From NCBI GenBank assembly GCA_021204585.1, contig JAJPZC010000163.1:7388-71387 (forward strand): a DNA stretch of 64,000 bases. Direction: 5' to 3'. Made by a program: the position numbers and the translations under genes. A model generated the notes under the pieces. It was not told the origin of the DNA and did not search any database. It saw only the letters and a list, made by a program, of their open reading frames with translations. This document shows, in pieces, positions 9,034 to 18,263 of the stretch (within the stretch, counting starts at the first letter, position 1; each line of letters opens with the position of its first letter). The DNA is from Clostridia bacterium (GTDB lineage Bacteria; Bacillota; Clostridia; Christensenellales; Borkfalkiaceae).

Positions 9034-10041
9034 ATGGAAGAGGTTAAGAAGACACTGTACTCAGCTGTGCAGCCCACCAATACGCTTACAATAGGAAATT
9101 ACGCCGGAGCCATCAGGAACTTTGTCCGGCTGCAGGATGAGTACCGCTGTTTTTACGCCATAGCCAACATGCACGCCATAACGGTGCGCCAGAATCCGGC
9201 AGAGCTGAGGCAGAAGACTTTAGGCCTTCTGGCCACTTACATAGCCTGCGGAGTGGATCCCGAAAAGTGCACTCTCTACGTGCAGTCCCACGTGCCCGCC
9301 CATGCGGAGCTTGCGTGGGTTTTGAACACCTTCACCTACGTGGGCGAGATGGAGCGCATGACGCAGTTCAAGGACAAGAGCGCGCGGCATGCGGACAACA
9401 TCAACATGGGCCTCATGGACTATCCCGTCCTCATGGCCGCAGACATCCTTTTATACAACGCAGACGTCGTCCCCGTGGGCATAGACCAGAAGCAGCATCT
9501 GGAGATCACGAGGGACATAGCCATCCGCTTCAACAACATATACTCTCCCACGTTCACAGTGCCCGAGGCGCTCTTCACGAAGGTGGGGGCAAAGATAAAT
9601 GACCTCCAGGACCCCTCAAAGAAGATGTCCAAGTCCGCAGAGAACCCCAACGGGACCATCTTCATGGACGATGACAGGGACACCATAATCCGCAAGTTCA
9701 AGAGGGCCGTGACGGACAGCGACAGCGAGGTCCGCTATGACGAGGAGAACAAGCCCGGCGTAAGCAACCTTCTTTCCATCTATTCCTGCTTCACCGGCAA
9801 GACCATCCCTGAAGCTGAGGCAGAGTTTGCCGGGAAGGGATACGGGGACTTTAAATTAGCCGTAGGCGAGGCCGTGGCAGATGTCCTGGACCCCGTCCAG
9901 AAGGAGACCGCAAGGCTCTTAGCCGACAGAAAGTACCTGGATGACATATTCCGCAAGGGCGCAGAAGACGCCGCACGCGTAGCCAACAAGACCCTGGACA
10001 AGGTGTACAGGAAGATAGGCTTCTACCGCTGCGGAAACTAA
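9034..10041 (+). CDS. trpS: Tryptophan--tRNA ligase
   Basis: 335 aa; class I signature TIGNYAG (HIGH-type) and KMSKS. Confidence 0.95.
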   Translation: MEEVKKTLYSAVQPTNTLTIGNYAGAIRNFVRLQDEYRCFYAIANMHAITVRQNPAELRQKTLGLLATYIACGVDPEKCTLYVQSHVPAHAELAWVLNTFTYVGEMERMTQFKDKSARHADNINMGLMDYPVLMAADILLYNADVVPVGIDQKQHLEITRDIAIRFNNIYSPTFTVPEALFTKVGAKINDLQDPSKKMSKSAENPNGTIFMDDDRDTIIRKFKRAVTDSDSEVRYDEENKPGVSNLLSIYSCFTGKTIPEAEAEFAGKGYGDFKLAVGEAVADVLDPVQKETARLLADRKYLDDIFRKGAEDAARVANKTLDKVYRKIGFYRCGN

Positions 10042-10222
10042 AAAGACCACACTGCGGCCAGCCCGGCCGCTTTATATACCGCGGTCCGGACAAAGACGGC
10101 CGCTCATATAACGGCGGCACATATGCCGCCCCCATACAGCTGCTGGCGGCCTGAGGAAGGCCGCAGGAAGATACAACAGGAGCACATGCAGCCGCCCGGC
10201 GGGCGGCGGATGAAGACGAGAG

Positions 10223-11161
10223 ATGTTCGGATACATTAACCCAGACAAGCCGTATCTGTTCATAAAGGACGAGACGCTGTACAATGCGCTGTACTGCGGC
10301 ACATGCAAGTGCATCGGGAAGTCGTGCGGCCAGCTGGCGCGCACCTCTTTGACGTACGACATCGCCTTCACATCCGCCATAGTGCACAACATAAAGGGAG
10401 AGGACGTGGTCATCAAGAAGAAGCGCTGCGGGCTGCACTTCATAAAGAGGCGCCCCATGGCACTGCCGGATGACACCACCATAGCCTTAGCCTGCATGAA
10501 CACCACGCTGGCGTACTACAAACTCTGCGACGATGCCCTGGACGGGGACAAGAAGGGCATATTCCGCTTCCTGTACAAGCGCGGATACAAGAGGGTTTTG
10601 AAGACACACCCCGTCATTGCAGAGATAATCTCCAGGCAGATGGAGAACCAAAGGGCAATCGAGGAGAAGGGCAGCAGCATAATAGACGAGGCCTGCGAAC
10701 CCACCGCCCTCATGATGCAGGAGCTCTCGGATTATCTCCTCGGGGAGCATGCAAACGGATACACGAGGCAGCTGTTCTATGCGATAGGCAAGTGGATATA
10801 CCTTGTGGATGCCGTGGACGACTATGACAAGGACGTAAAGAAGGGCCGCTACAACGTGCTGTACAACGCATACGGCTTCAAGACCTTTCATGACGTTCTG
10901 GAGACGGACAGAGCGGAGCTGAACTTTATCTTCGATTACGAGTTTGCGCAGATGCGCGAGGCCATAGCGCACATCCGCTTTTACTTCAATCACGATCTTA
11001 CAGACAATATCATAATGAGGGGAATACCCCTGAAGACACGGGCGCTTTTTGACAAGGCATGTCCGAGGTGCGACCAGGACTGCGCAAACTGTGGGGAAGA
11101 GAGACAACTGGCCCGTGAGACTGATGCGGAAGGAGCAGAATATGAACAAGAAAAATCTTGA
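10223..11161 (+). CDS. Cys-motif protein of unknown function (DUF5685-like, from memory)
   Basis: 312 aa; N-terminal YCGTCKCIGKSCG and C-terminal CPRCDQDCANCG motifs. Confidence 0.7.
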   Translation: MFGYINPDKPYLFIKDETLYNALYCGTCKCIGKSCGQLARTSLTYDIAFTSAIVHNIKGEDVVIKKKRCGLHFIKRRPMALPDDTTIALACMNTTLAYYKLCDDALDGDKKGIFRFLYKRGYKRVLKTHPVIAEIISRQMENQRAIEEKGSSIIDEACEPTALMMQELSDYLLGEHANGYTRQLFYAIGKWIYLVDAVDDYDKDVKKGRYNVLYNAYGFKTFHDVLETDRAELNFIFDYEFAQMREAIAHIRFYFNHDLTDNIIMRGIPLKTRALFDKACPRCDQDCANCGEERQLARETDAEGAEYEQEKS

Positions 11162-11804
11162 GATACTGGGACTCCCCGAGGACGCCACAAGGGAGCAGGT
11201 TGAGACCGCATACCAGGAGCTTCGCGCCAAGTATCTTGAGGAAAGATTCATGGACGGCGAAGTGGGCAACAATGCGGCAAAGATGCTCACCAAGATAGAC
11301 ACTGCCTATGCGGAGCTCTCACGCGAGTGGGAGGAAAGCCCTGAGGACGGCGGAGACAACTATGCGAAGGTTGAGGACCTCATAAAGCAGGGCAACCTTT
11401 CCGAGGCCCAGCGCGTTCTGGACCAGTTCAATGAGCGCGGCGGCCAGTGGCACTACCTGCAGAGCGTTGTCTTCTACCGCAAGAACTGGATCAACGAGTC
11501 CAAGAAGCAGCTGGAGATAGCCATCCAGCTGGAGCCGGACAACGCAAAGTACAAAGAGACGTACAGAAAGCTCAATGACAAGATAGCGAAGGACAGCCAG
11601 GCCGCCCAGGCCCGCAACCAGCAGCAGCAACAGCAGCAGGCACCTCCGCCGGACCAGCAGAACCAGAGCGCATACAACGGACAGAACATGAACTCCAACG
11701 GCGGCGACTCCAACCAGATGGGCGGCAACTGCTGCTCCAGCTGCCTTGAGTGTTGCTACACCTACCTCTGCGTAAGCTGCCTCTGCAACGGCTGCTGCAG
11801 ATAA
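11142..11804 (+). CDS. J-like domain / TPR-like protein with Q-rich linker and poly-Cys tail
   Basis: 220 aa from the ATG at 11142 (RBS GGAAGGAG); LEILGLPEDATREQVETAYQELRAKY resembles J-domain helices I-II but HPD is replaced by LEE; tail is NCCSSCLECCYTYLCVSCLCNGCCR. Confidence 0.7.
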   Translation: MNKKNLEILGLPEDATREQVETAYQELRAKYLEERFMDGEVGNNAAKMLTKIDTAYAELSREWEESPEDGGDNYAKVEDLIKQGNLSEAQRVLDQFNERGGQWHYLQSVVFYRKNWINESKKQLEIAIQLEPDNAKYKETYRKLNDKIAKDSQAAQARNQQQQQQQAPPPDQQNQSAYNGQNMNSNGGDSNQMGGNCCSSCLECCYTYLCVSCLCNGCCR

Positions 11805-11999
11805 ACCTGCAGCCGCAGACAAACCGTCTGCTGCAGACAAAACGGCGGCCGCAGGCAAAGTTTCACAAACATTTCATACAAAAAATTACTGCAGGCGTGC
11901 CTTTGGCATGCCTGCTTGTAACATTCCAAGGGGTGTTGTCCGGGCAGGCATGCCCAAGGCACCATACGGGCCGTCCGAAGGCGGCGGGAGAGGGCAGGC

Positions 12000-12758
12000 A
12001 TGAAGCAGGAAAAATTCAGCTGCACAAGGGACGGCATGACCATCCGCGGCCTGTACTTCAGGCCGGATGAGGGCACAAACCTTCCCATAGCAATAATCTC
12101 CCACGGCTTCATGGCCAACTACGGCACCACCAAGGGCTACGCCAAGTGGTTTGCTTCGCACGGCTATGCCTCATTCTGCTTTGACTTCAACGGCGGCTGC
12201 GCCATGGGCCACAGCGGCAAGGACCGCACCAAGATGACTCTCTACACAGAGGTGGAGGACCTCCGCAGCGTCCTTGCATACGCAAGGGGCCTTGAAGAGA
12301 CCAGCCCGGAAGACGTAACCCTCATGGGCTGCAGCCAGGGAGGCTTTGTTTCCGCAATCCTTGCGGCAGAGCTTAAAAGCGAGATACGCAGGCTGATCCT
12401 TTTCTACCCGGCACTCTGCATCCCGGACGATGCCAGGGCGGGGAAGATGATGATAATGAAGTTCGACCCCTCAAATATTCCAGACGTCCTTCATTTCGGT
12501 CCCCTAAAGCTTGGCGGCTGTTACCCTAAGGCGGTAATAGACAAGCACTACGAGGACATGATCTCCCCGTACGAAGGCCCCGTCCTCATATGCTGGGGCA
12601 CAAGGGACGGCATAGTGGCGGAAAAGTACATGGACGGCGCCCTGGCGGCGTACAAGAACGCCACCCTGTACAAGATTCCCGGCGCCCGCCACGGCTTCAA
12701 CAAGAAGGCAGACAAGGCCGCATACGGCTGCCTGGAAACCTTCGTACAGCAGACTTAA
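12000..12758 (+). CDS. Alpha/beta hydrolase (dienelactone hydrolase/esterase-like)
   Basis: 252 aa; nucleophile elbow GCSQGG; C-terminal GARHGF histidine motif. Confidence 0.8.
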   Translation: MKQEKFSCTRDGMTIRGLYFRPDEGTNLPIAIISHGFMANYGTTKGYAKWFASHGYASFCFDFNGGCAMGHSGKDRTKMTLYTEVEDLRSVLAYARGLEETSPEDVTLMGCSQGGFVSAILAAELKSEIRRLILFYPALCIPDDARAGKMMIMKFDPSNIPDVLHFGPLKLGGCYPKAVIDKHYEDMISPYEGPVLICWGTRDGIVAEKYMDGALAAYKNATLYKIPGARHGFNKKADKAAYGCLETFVQQT

Positions 12759-12833
12759 AAGGCAGCTTAAACTGCGCATAACCCTCCTGAAACGGCCACT
12801 AAGGGCCGCAGCGGCCCCTTTAAGCGGGCCCGT

Positions 12834-13487
12834 ATGACAAGGCATGGCAGACGGCAAGCCACACAGGAACACAGGCGACTAATGGGCAAGAAGGAACAAA
12901 GGGAAGAGAAAGAAAAGAATAAGAAGCAGAAGGGCCCCAAGCACGCCAGCTCTTTCGAGATAGCCCTGTCCGCAATCTCCTGCGCCGTGGCCGCCGGCTT
13001 CCTGGCGCTGGGAGTTTTAAGCGGCGTTCTGCTTGCCACAGGCTATTTCATAGGCGTCATAGCCCTCATGGTGCCCCTCGCGAAGCAGTTCTACAGAGGG
13101 GACTTCCTGGCGTACTGCGGAACCGTTATCCTTGCCCTCATCCTTGGCGCCGTGGCCAAGTTCTGGGACATTGTGCCCTTCATAATGTTTTTCGGCCTGC
13201 ACCCGCTCATAAACTCCCTGCAGAACAGATACCGCTGGAACCGCATCATAGCCTTCATTCTGAAGGCCATCTGGTTCGACTGCACCCTCATCGCAGGCTA
13301 CTACTTAATCTATGACGGCTTCCTCGGCGGCAACCTCTTCTCCCCCGAATTCTGGGAGACGGTCAACAAGTACATCTACCTGCTCATCTTCACCGTCGGC
13401 ACCGTCCTTTTCTTCATCTACGACTTCCTAATCTTCAAGGTGCAGATGCTTGTGGACAAGATAGTGGGCAGGATCAAGCGGCAGTGA
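12834..13487 (+). CDS. Hypothetical polytopic membrane protein
   Basis: 217 aa (alternative start 12882); K/E-rich N-terminus then about 5 hydrophobic helices; no recognisable motif. Confidence 0.55.
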   Translation: MTRHGRRQATQEHRRLMGKKEQREEKEKNKKQKGPKHASSFEIALSAISCAVAAGFLALGVLSGVLLATGYFIGVIALMVPLAKQFYRGDFLAYCGTVILALILGAVAKFWDIVPFIMFFGLHPLINSLQNRYRWNRIIAFILKAIWFDCTLIAGYYLIYDGFLGGNLFSPEFWETVNKYIYLLIFTVGTVLFFIYDFLIFKVQMLVDKIVGRIKRQ

Positions 13488-13532
13488 CGTGTCCCAATAG
13501 TGGGCGGAATCAAGCGGCAGTGACGTGTCCCA
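13461..13532. repeat. 36-bp tandem direct duplication spanning the stop codon of the preceding gene
   Basis: 13461-13496 ATAGTGGGCAGGATCAAGCGGCAGTGACGTGTCCCA and 13497-13532 ATAGTGGGCGGAATCAAGCGGCAGTGACGTGTCCCA; 34/36 identical. Confidence 0.95.
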
Positions 13533-13574
13533 AATGCCTCAGATACGCCATTTTGGCGTATACATTTTGAAGGA

Positions 13575-13598
13575 AGATGCCAAAAGGCATCTCTTTTC
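13575..13598 (+). terminator. Rho-independent terminator
   Basis: AGATGCC AAAA GGCATCT then CTTTTC; preceded by an 8-bp hairpin ATACGCCA TTT TGGCGTAT (13543-13561). Confidence 0.65.
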
Positions 13599-13605
13599 AT
13601 AATAA

Positions 13606-13640
13606 GCCTTAGGATGCCGGGCAATATCGGTTGATGCCTG
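13606..13640 (+). terminator. Second terminator-like hairpin
   Basis: GCCGGGCA / TGCCCGGC stem with 15-nt loop, followed by TTTT. Confidence 0.5.
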
Positions 13641-13690
13641 CCCGGCTTTTGTGTTAGGATGCATCCCGCTTCAAGGGAGGGATGTGTCAT

Positions 13691-15661
13691 ATGGGTGCGA
13701 AACGGGCACGGCCGGAGTGCAGAACGGTTTGCATAGGCAGCAGGAGGTATCTTGGCAGCAAGAACAGGCTGCTGGGGTTCATAAGGTCCGTTGCGGATGC
13801 GGAGTGCGAGGGCATAGAGACGGTGGCGGACGTCTTCGCCGGCACGGGTGCGGTGGCATCCGCCTTCACGGACAAGAGGCTCATAACCAACGACATTCTG
13901 TACTCCAACTGGATCTGCCACACGGCATGGTTCTCATCCCAGCGGTACAGCAAGGCGAAGGTGGAGGGGCTCATATGTGAGTACAACTCCCTTGCTCCCG
14001 TGGAAGACAACTACATGTCCCTGAACTTTGCAGGCACATACTTCTCCGCAGAGGACTGCAGAAAAATTGGCTTTATACGGGAGGACATAGAGCGGCGCTA
14101 CGGCGCAGGGGAGCTCAATGAGAGGGAGAGAGCCATGCTGGTCGCATCCCTTCTTTACGCCATGGACAAGGCCGCCAACACCTGCGGCCACTATGACGCC
14201 TTCCTCAAGGGAATGCGCAACATGCGGCACATAGAGCTCTGCATGCCGCAGGTTCCGCCCTGCGGACCCGGCAACAGATGCTTCAATGAGGACGCCAACC
14301 TGCTTGTGCGCAGGATACAGGCAGACCTCGTGTACATAGACCCGCCGTATAACTCCCGCCAGTACTGTGATCTGTACCACCTTTTAGAGAACGTGGCCCG
14401 CTGGGAGAAGCCCCCGGTATACGGCACCGCCCGCAAGATGGAGCGAAGCGCCATAAAGAGCAGGTACTGCACGCAGGACGCCTTGAAGTCCTTTGAAGAC
14501 CTCATTTCTCACACGCAGGCCCGCTACATACTTCTCTCATACAATGACACCGGCACAAAGGCAGACCCCCGCTCCAACGCCCGCATCCGGGATGCGGACA
14601 TCATGCGCATTCTTTCCTCCAGGGGAGAGGTAAAGGTCTTCACCGCCCCGTATAAGGCATACATGTCCGGCACCTCGCAGGAGGCCTCCTGCACGGAGAG
14701 GCTGTTCCTCTGCAAGTGCCGCATGCAGCGGAGAGCGGAGCTCATCCAGTCTCCCCTGAACTACCCCGGCGGCAAGTACTCTCTGCTTCCGCAGCTTCTG
14801 CCGTACTTCCCGGAAGATGCAGACCTGTTCGCAGACCTTTTCTGCGGCGGCTGCAGCGTAGGCATCAACGCACCCTGCCCGAGAGTGCTTTTCAATGACT
14901 CCAACTCCCGCCTCATGGACATCCTGCGCATGTTCCGGAATACGGAAACAGACCGCATTATGGCGGACATAGAGCTTATCATATCGGCATACGGGCTTTC
15001 GGACACCCGCTTGTACGGGTATGAAAAGTACGGCGGCACGGGCTCAGCCGGGCTTGCGGAATACAACAAGGAGCAGTATAATAGGCTTAGGTCGGATTAC
15101 AACGCCCGCATCAAAGAGGGCGGGTGCGGTGATGAAGAGACTCTCATGCTCTTCGTAATCATAGTGTTCTCCTTCAACAATCAGATGCGCTTCAACTCAA
15201 AGGGAGAGTTCAACATGCCTGTGGGCAAGAGGGACTTCAACTCCCAGATGCGTTCAAAGCTCACGGCCTTTGCAGACCGCCTCAGGGCAGGGGATTATGC
15301 TTTCACGGCGCAGGACTTCCGCAATCTTCCCGCAGACGGCTGGAACGAGAACACCTTCGTGTATGCAGACCCGCCGTACCTCATCTCATGCGCCACGTAC
15401 AACGAGAACGGAGGCTGGACGGAGAAAGACGAAAGGGATCTCCTTGCGTATCTGGACGCCCTGGATGAACGCGGCATCCGGTTCGCCCTCTCCAACGTCC
15501 TTGAGTCCAAGGGCCGGCGCAACAGCATTCTTGCAGAATGGGCGGCCGCCAACGAGTACCGGTACAGGACGCTGCACCTTGAGAACAGCTACTCCAACTC
15601 CAATTACCAGACCAAAGGCAGAACCGCCAAATGCGACGAGGTCCTGATCATAAACTATTAA
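13691..15661 (+). CDS. Two-domain N6-adenine DNA methyltransferase (FokI-type tandem Dam-like fusion), no partner endonuclease
   Basis: Half 1: RYLGSKNRLL, FAGTGAV, VYIDPPYNSRQY. Half 2: NYPGGKYSLL, LFCGGCSVG, VYADPPYL. Start placed at the ATG 10 nt after GGGAGGG; the ORF opens at 13682. Confidence 0.85.
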   Translation: MGAKRARPECRTVCIGSRRYLGSKNRLLGFIRSVADAECEGIETVADVFAGTGAVASAFTDKRLITNDILYSNWICHTAWFSSQRYSKAKVEGLICEYNSLAPVEDNYMSLNFAGTYFSAEDCRKIGFIREDIERRYGAGELNERERAMLVASLLYAMDKAANTCGHYDAFLKGMRNMRHIELCMPQVPPCGPGNRCFNEDANLLVRRIQADLVYIDPPYNSRQYCDLYHLLENVARWEKPPVYGTARKMERSAIKSRYCTQDALKSFEDLISHTQARYILLSYNDTGTKADPRSNARIRDADIMRILSSRGEVKVFTAPYKAYMSGTSQEASCTERLFLCKCRMQRRAELIQSPLNYPGGKYSLLPQLLPYFPEDADLFADLFCGGCSVGINAPCPRVLFNDSNSRLMDILRMFRNTETDRIMADIELIISAYGLSDTRLYGYEKYGGTGSAGLAEYNKEQYNRLRSDYNARIKEGGCGDEETLMLFVIIVFSFNNQMRFNSKGEFNMPVGKRDFNSQMRSKLTAFADRLRAGDYAFTAQDFRNLPADGWNENTFVYADPPYLISCATYNENGGWTEKDERDLLAYLDALDERGIRFALSNVLESKGRRNSILAEWAAANEYRYRTLHLENSYSNSNYQTKGRTAKCDEVLIINY

Positions 15662-15749
15662 CAGCCTCCAAACAACAGACACCAAACGCCACCCCGTAAA
15701 AACGCACGCATGCGCATTCGCAAGACCACATAGAGAATATAGAGAGAAT

Positions 15750-17111
15750 ATGGAAAAGAACGAAGAGTACACCGGAGAGGTCATAGGCCTCGGAACAGAA
15801 GGAGAGGGAATAATACGGTGCGAAGGCAAGACGGTCTTCGTGCCCCTGTGTCTTGTTGGTGAAACGGTCTCCTTCAAGGTGCTGAAGGTGCAGAAGGACG
15901 TCGCATACGGCAAAGTCCTGCAGGTAACAAAGCCGTCACCGGACAGGACCATCCCTGTCTGCCCCGCCTTTCCGCAGTGCGGCGGCTGTTCCCTGCAGCA
16001 CATGAAATACCCCGCACAGCTCAAGCACAAGAGCGCCATGGTGCGCACCTCCCTCAAAAAGATAGGCGGCATAGATGCCCCTGTGGCCTCCACAGTGCCC
16101 TGTGACAGCGCATACCGCTACCGCAACAAGCTGGCTCTGCCCATAGGACTTACCCCTGAGGGAGAACCCGTCTGCGGCTTCTACGCACCCCGCTCCCACA
16201 GAATCATCCCCATCCGGGACTGCTACATCCAGGCGGAATGGGTCAAGGACATCATATCCTGCGTCCTTTCATACGCCCGCCTGCTCCCTTTAGAGCAGCG
16301 CGCAAAGCTCCGCCACATAGTTGTCCGCAAAGTTGGGGAGAGGCACATAATAGCCCTGGTGGCCGCAGGCAGCGTCCCTTCAGACGCCCTCACGGCCCTT
16401 CTGGACAGGCACTTCAAGGACTACACATTCCTTCTCAACATAAACCCTGCGGACACCAACGTAATCTTCGGCCCGGAGTGGCACACCATCCGCGGAGAGG
16501 GGCTCCTTAGGACGGAGGAAGGCGGCATATCCTTCACCGTGGGCGCCAACACCTTCATGCAGGTCAATGACGAGGTCCGCTCCAAGCTGTATGCCTGCGT
16601 TCTAAACGAAGCCCGGGGCGCCTCTGCGGCAATAGACTTGTACAGCGGAGGCGGCCTTCTTACCGCCATGCTTGCAAAGGCCTGCGGCGAGGCATGGGGC
16701 ATAGAGATAGTCCCGGAGGCCACGCAGTGCGCCAATACCCTCATGGCAGAGAACGATCTTGCCGGCCGCATGCACAACATCTGCGGCGCCGCAGAGGACA
16801 ACGTCCAGATCCTCCAAAAGGCCTCCGAAGGCGGCGTAATAGTCTGCGACCCGCCCCGCAAGGGCATGGAGCGGAGCGTAGTGAAGGCCATCCGTGAAAG
16901 CCACGCAGACAAAGTGGTCCTCATCTCCTGCAACCCTGCAACCCTGGCCCGCGACTTGGGGCTCCTCATGGGCACCCTGAAAGAGGACGGCACGAACCTC
17001 GTTAAGAGCTCATCCCCTGAGTCTCCGTACACGCTGCAGTCCGTAACGCCGTTTGACATGTTCCCGCAGACCAAATGGTGCGAGACGGTTTGCGTCTTAA
17101 CCCGCAAATGA
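15750..17111 (+). CDS. rlmD: 23S rRNA (uracil-C5)-methyltransferase RlmD/RumA family
   Basis: 453 aa; N-terminal TRAM-like domain, Cys cluster CPAFPQCGGCSLQH, DPPRKG, SCNPATLARD. Confidence 0.9.
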   Translation: MEKNEEYTGEVIGLGTEGEGIIRCEGKTVFVPLCLVGETVSFKVLKVQKDVAYGKVLQVTKPSPDRTIPVCPAFPQCGGCSLQHMKYPAQLKHKSAMVRTSLKKIGGIDAPVASTVPCDSAYRYRNKLALPIGLTPEGEPVCGFYAPRSHRIIPIRDCYIQAEWVKDIISCVLSYARLLPLEQRAKLRHIVVRKVGERHIIALVAAGSVPSDALTALLDRHFKDYTFLLNINPADTNVIFGPEWHTIRGEGLLRTEEGGISFTVGANTFMQVNDEVRSKLYACVLNEARGASAAIDLYSGGGLLTAMLAKACGEAWGIEIVPEATQCANTLMAENDLAGRMHNICGAAEDNVQILQKASEGGVIVCDPPRKGMERSVVKAIRESHADKVVLISCNPATLARDLGLLMGTLKEDGTNLVKSSSPESPYTLQSVTPFDMFPQTKWCETVCVLTRK

Positions 17112-17129
17112 CAACATAGCACAGCAAGA

Positions 17130-17158
17130 GCGGCATCCACACAGGGTGCTGCATTTTT
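17130..17158 (+). terminator. Rho-independent terminator
   Basis: GCGGCATCC / GGGTGCTGC stem (two G-U pairs), followed by ATTTTT. Confidence 0.6.
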
Positions 17159-17273
17159 CCATTCCGATGTGCTACTTTAAGTACAAAGAATGACTTGAAC
17201 TCCAGCACAAACAAATGTTCATACAGGATCTCAAAACATAAAGTTCACGCATGCTATATATTAATAAATATGT

Positions 17274-17297
17274 CGCGCGCGCGTGCGCGCGTGCGCG
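17274..17297. repeat. 24-nt perfect alternating pyrimidine-purine (CG/TG) tract
   Basis: CGCGCGCGCGTGCGCGCGTGCGCG, flanked by AT-rich sequence, upstream of the aldo-keto reductase promoter. Confidence 0.9.
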
Positions 17298-17423
17298 AAG
17301 GCCGGCAAACAAAAGGACTGGCGGGACTTGCCAAACATCTTGTAATATCCGGGGGCGGATGATATAATATCCGTTGAAGTTTGCTGCGTGGAAGACAATC
17401 TGCGGCGGCAAGACAGGCGGCAT

Positions 17424-18263
17424 ATGAAAGACGTTATACTTGCGAACGGCGTGCGCATGCCCATTCTGGGCTTCGGCGTGTACAAGATAGACAAAGCAGA
17501 CTGCGTGCAGTGCGTCCTGGACGCCCTGGAGACGGGGTACAGGTCTGTGGATACGGCGCAGTTCTATCATAATGAGTCAGAGGTGGGGGAGGCCATAGCC
17601 ACGTCAGGCATCCCCAGGGAGGAGATCTTCCTCACCACAAAGGTCTGGATGAACAACTACGGCTATGAGAGCGCCAAGGCGTCTGTGTACCGCTCCATGG
17701 AAAAGCTCAAGACCGGCTATCTGGACCTGTGCCTTCTGCACCAGCCTTTCGGAGACTATTACGGCGCATGGAGGGCCCTCATAGAGCTGTATGACGCAGG
17801 GCTCATAAGAGCCATAGGCGTCTCCAACTTCTATGCAGACCGCCTCGTGGACATATGTCTGTGGTCAGACATGAAGCCTATGGTCAACCAGATGGAGACC
17901 CATCCCGTAAACCAGCAGAAGGAGCTCCTGTCCTGGATGAAGAAGTACTGTGTGCAGCTGGAGGCCTGGTCTCCGTTCGCACGCGGGCGCGGGGACATCT
18001 TTGAGAACCCCGTCATCTGTGGCATAGCCGCAAAGTACGGCAAGACAGCCGCCCAGGTAATCCTGCGCTGGCACATCCAGAGGGACGTTGTAGTGATCCC
18101 CAAGAGCACCCACAAGGACAGGATACAAGAGAACTTCGACATCTTCGACTTCGCCCTCACGGACGAGGACATGGCCGCCATGGCCGCCATAGACGAGGGA
18201 AGAAGCCTGTTCTTCTCCCACAGAGACCCTGAGAGGGTGGAGATATTTGCAGGCATGAAATGA
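17424..18263 (+). CDS. Aldo/keto reductase (2,5-diketo-D-gluconate reductase-like)
   Basis: 279 aa from MKDVILANG; GFGVYK, DTAQFYHNE, IPKS motifs. Confidence 0.9.
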   Translation: MKDVILANGVRMPILGFGVYKIDKADCVQCVLDALETGYRSVDTAQFYHNESEVGEAIATSGIPREEIFLTTKVWMNNYGYESAKASVYRSMEKLKTGYLDLCLLHQPFGDYYGAWRALIELYDAGLIRAIGVSNFYADRLVDICLWSDMKPMVNQMETHPVNQQKELLSWMKKYCVQLEAWSPFARGRGDIFENPVICGIAAKYGKTAAQVILRWHIQRDVVVIPKSTHKDRIQENFDIFDFALTDEDMAAMAAIDEGRSLFFSHRDPERVEIFAGMK

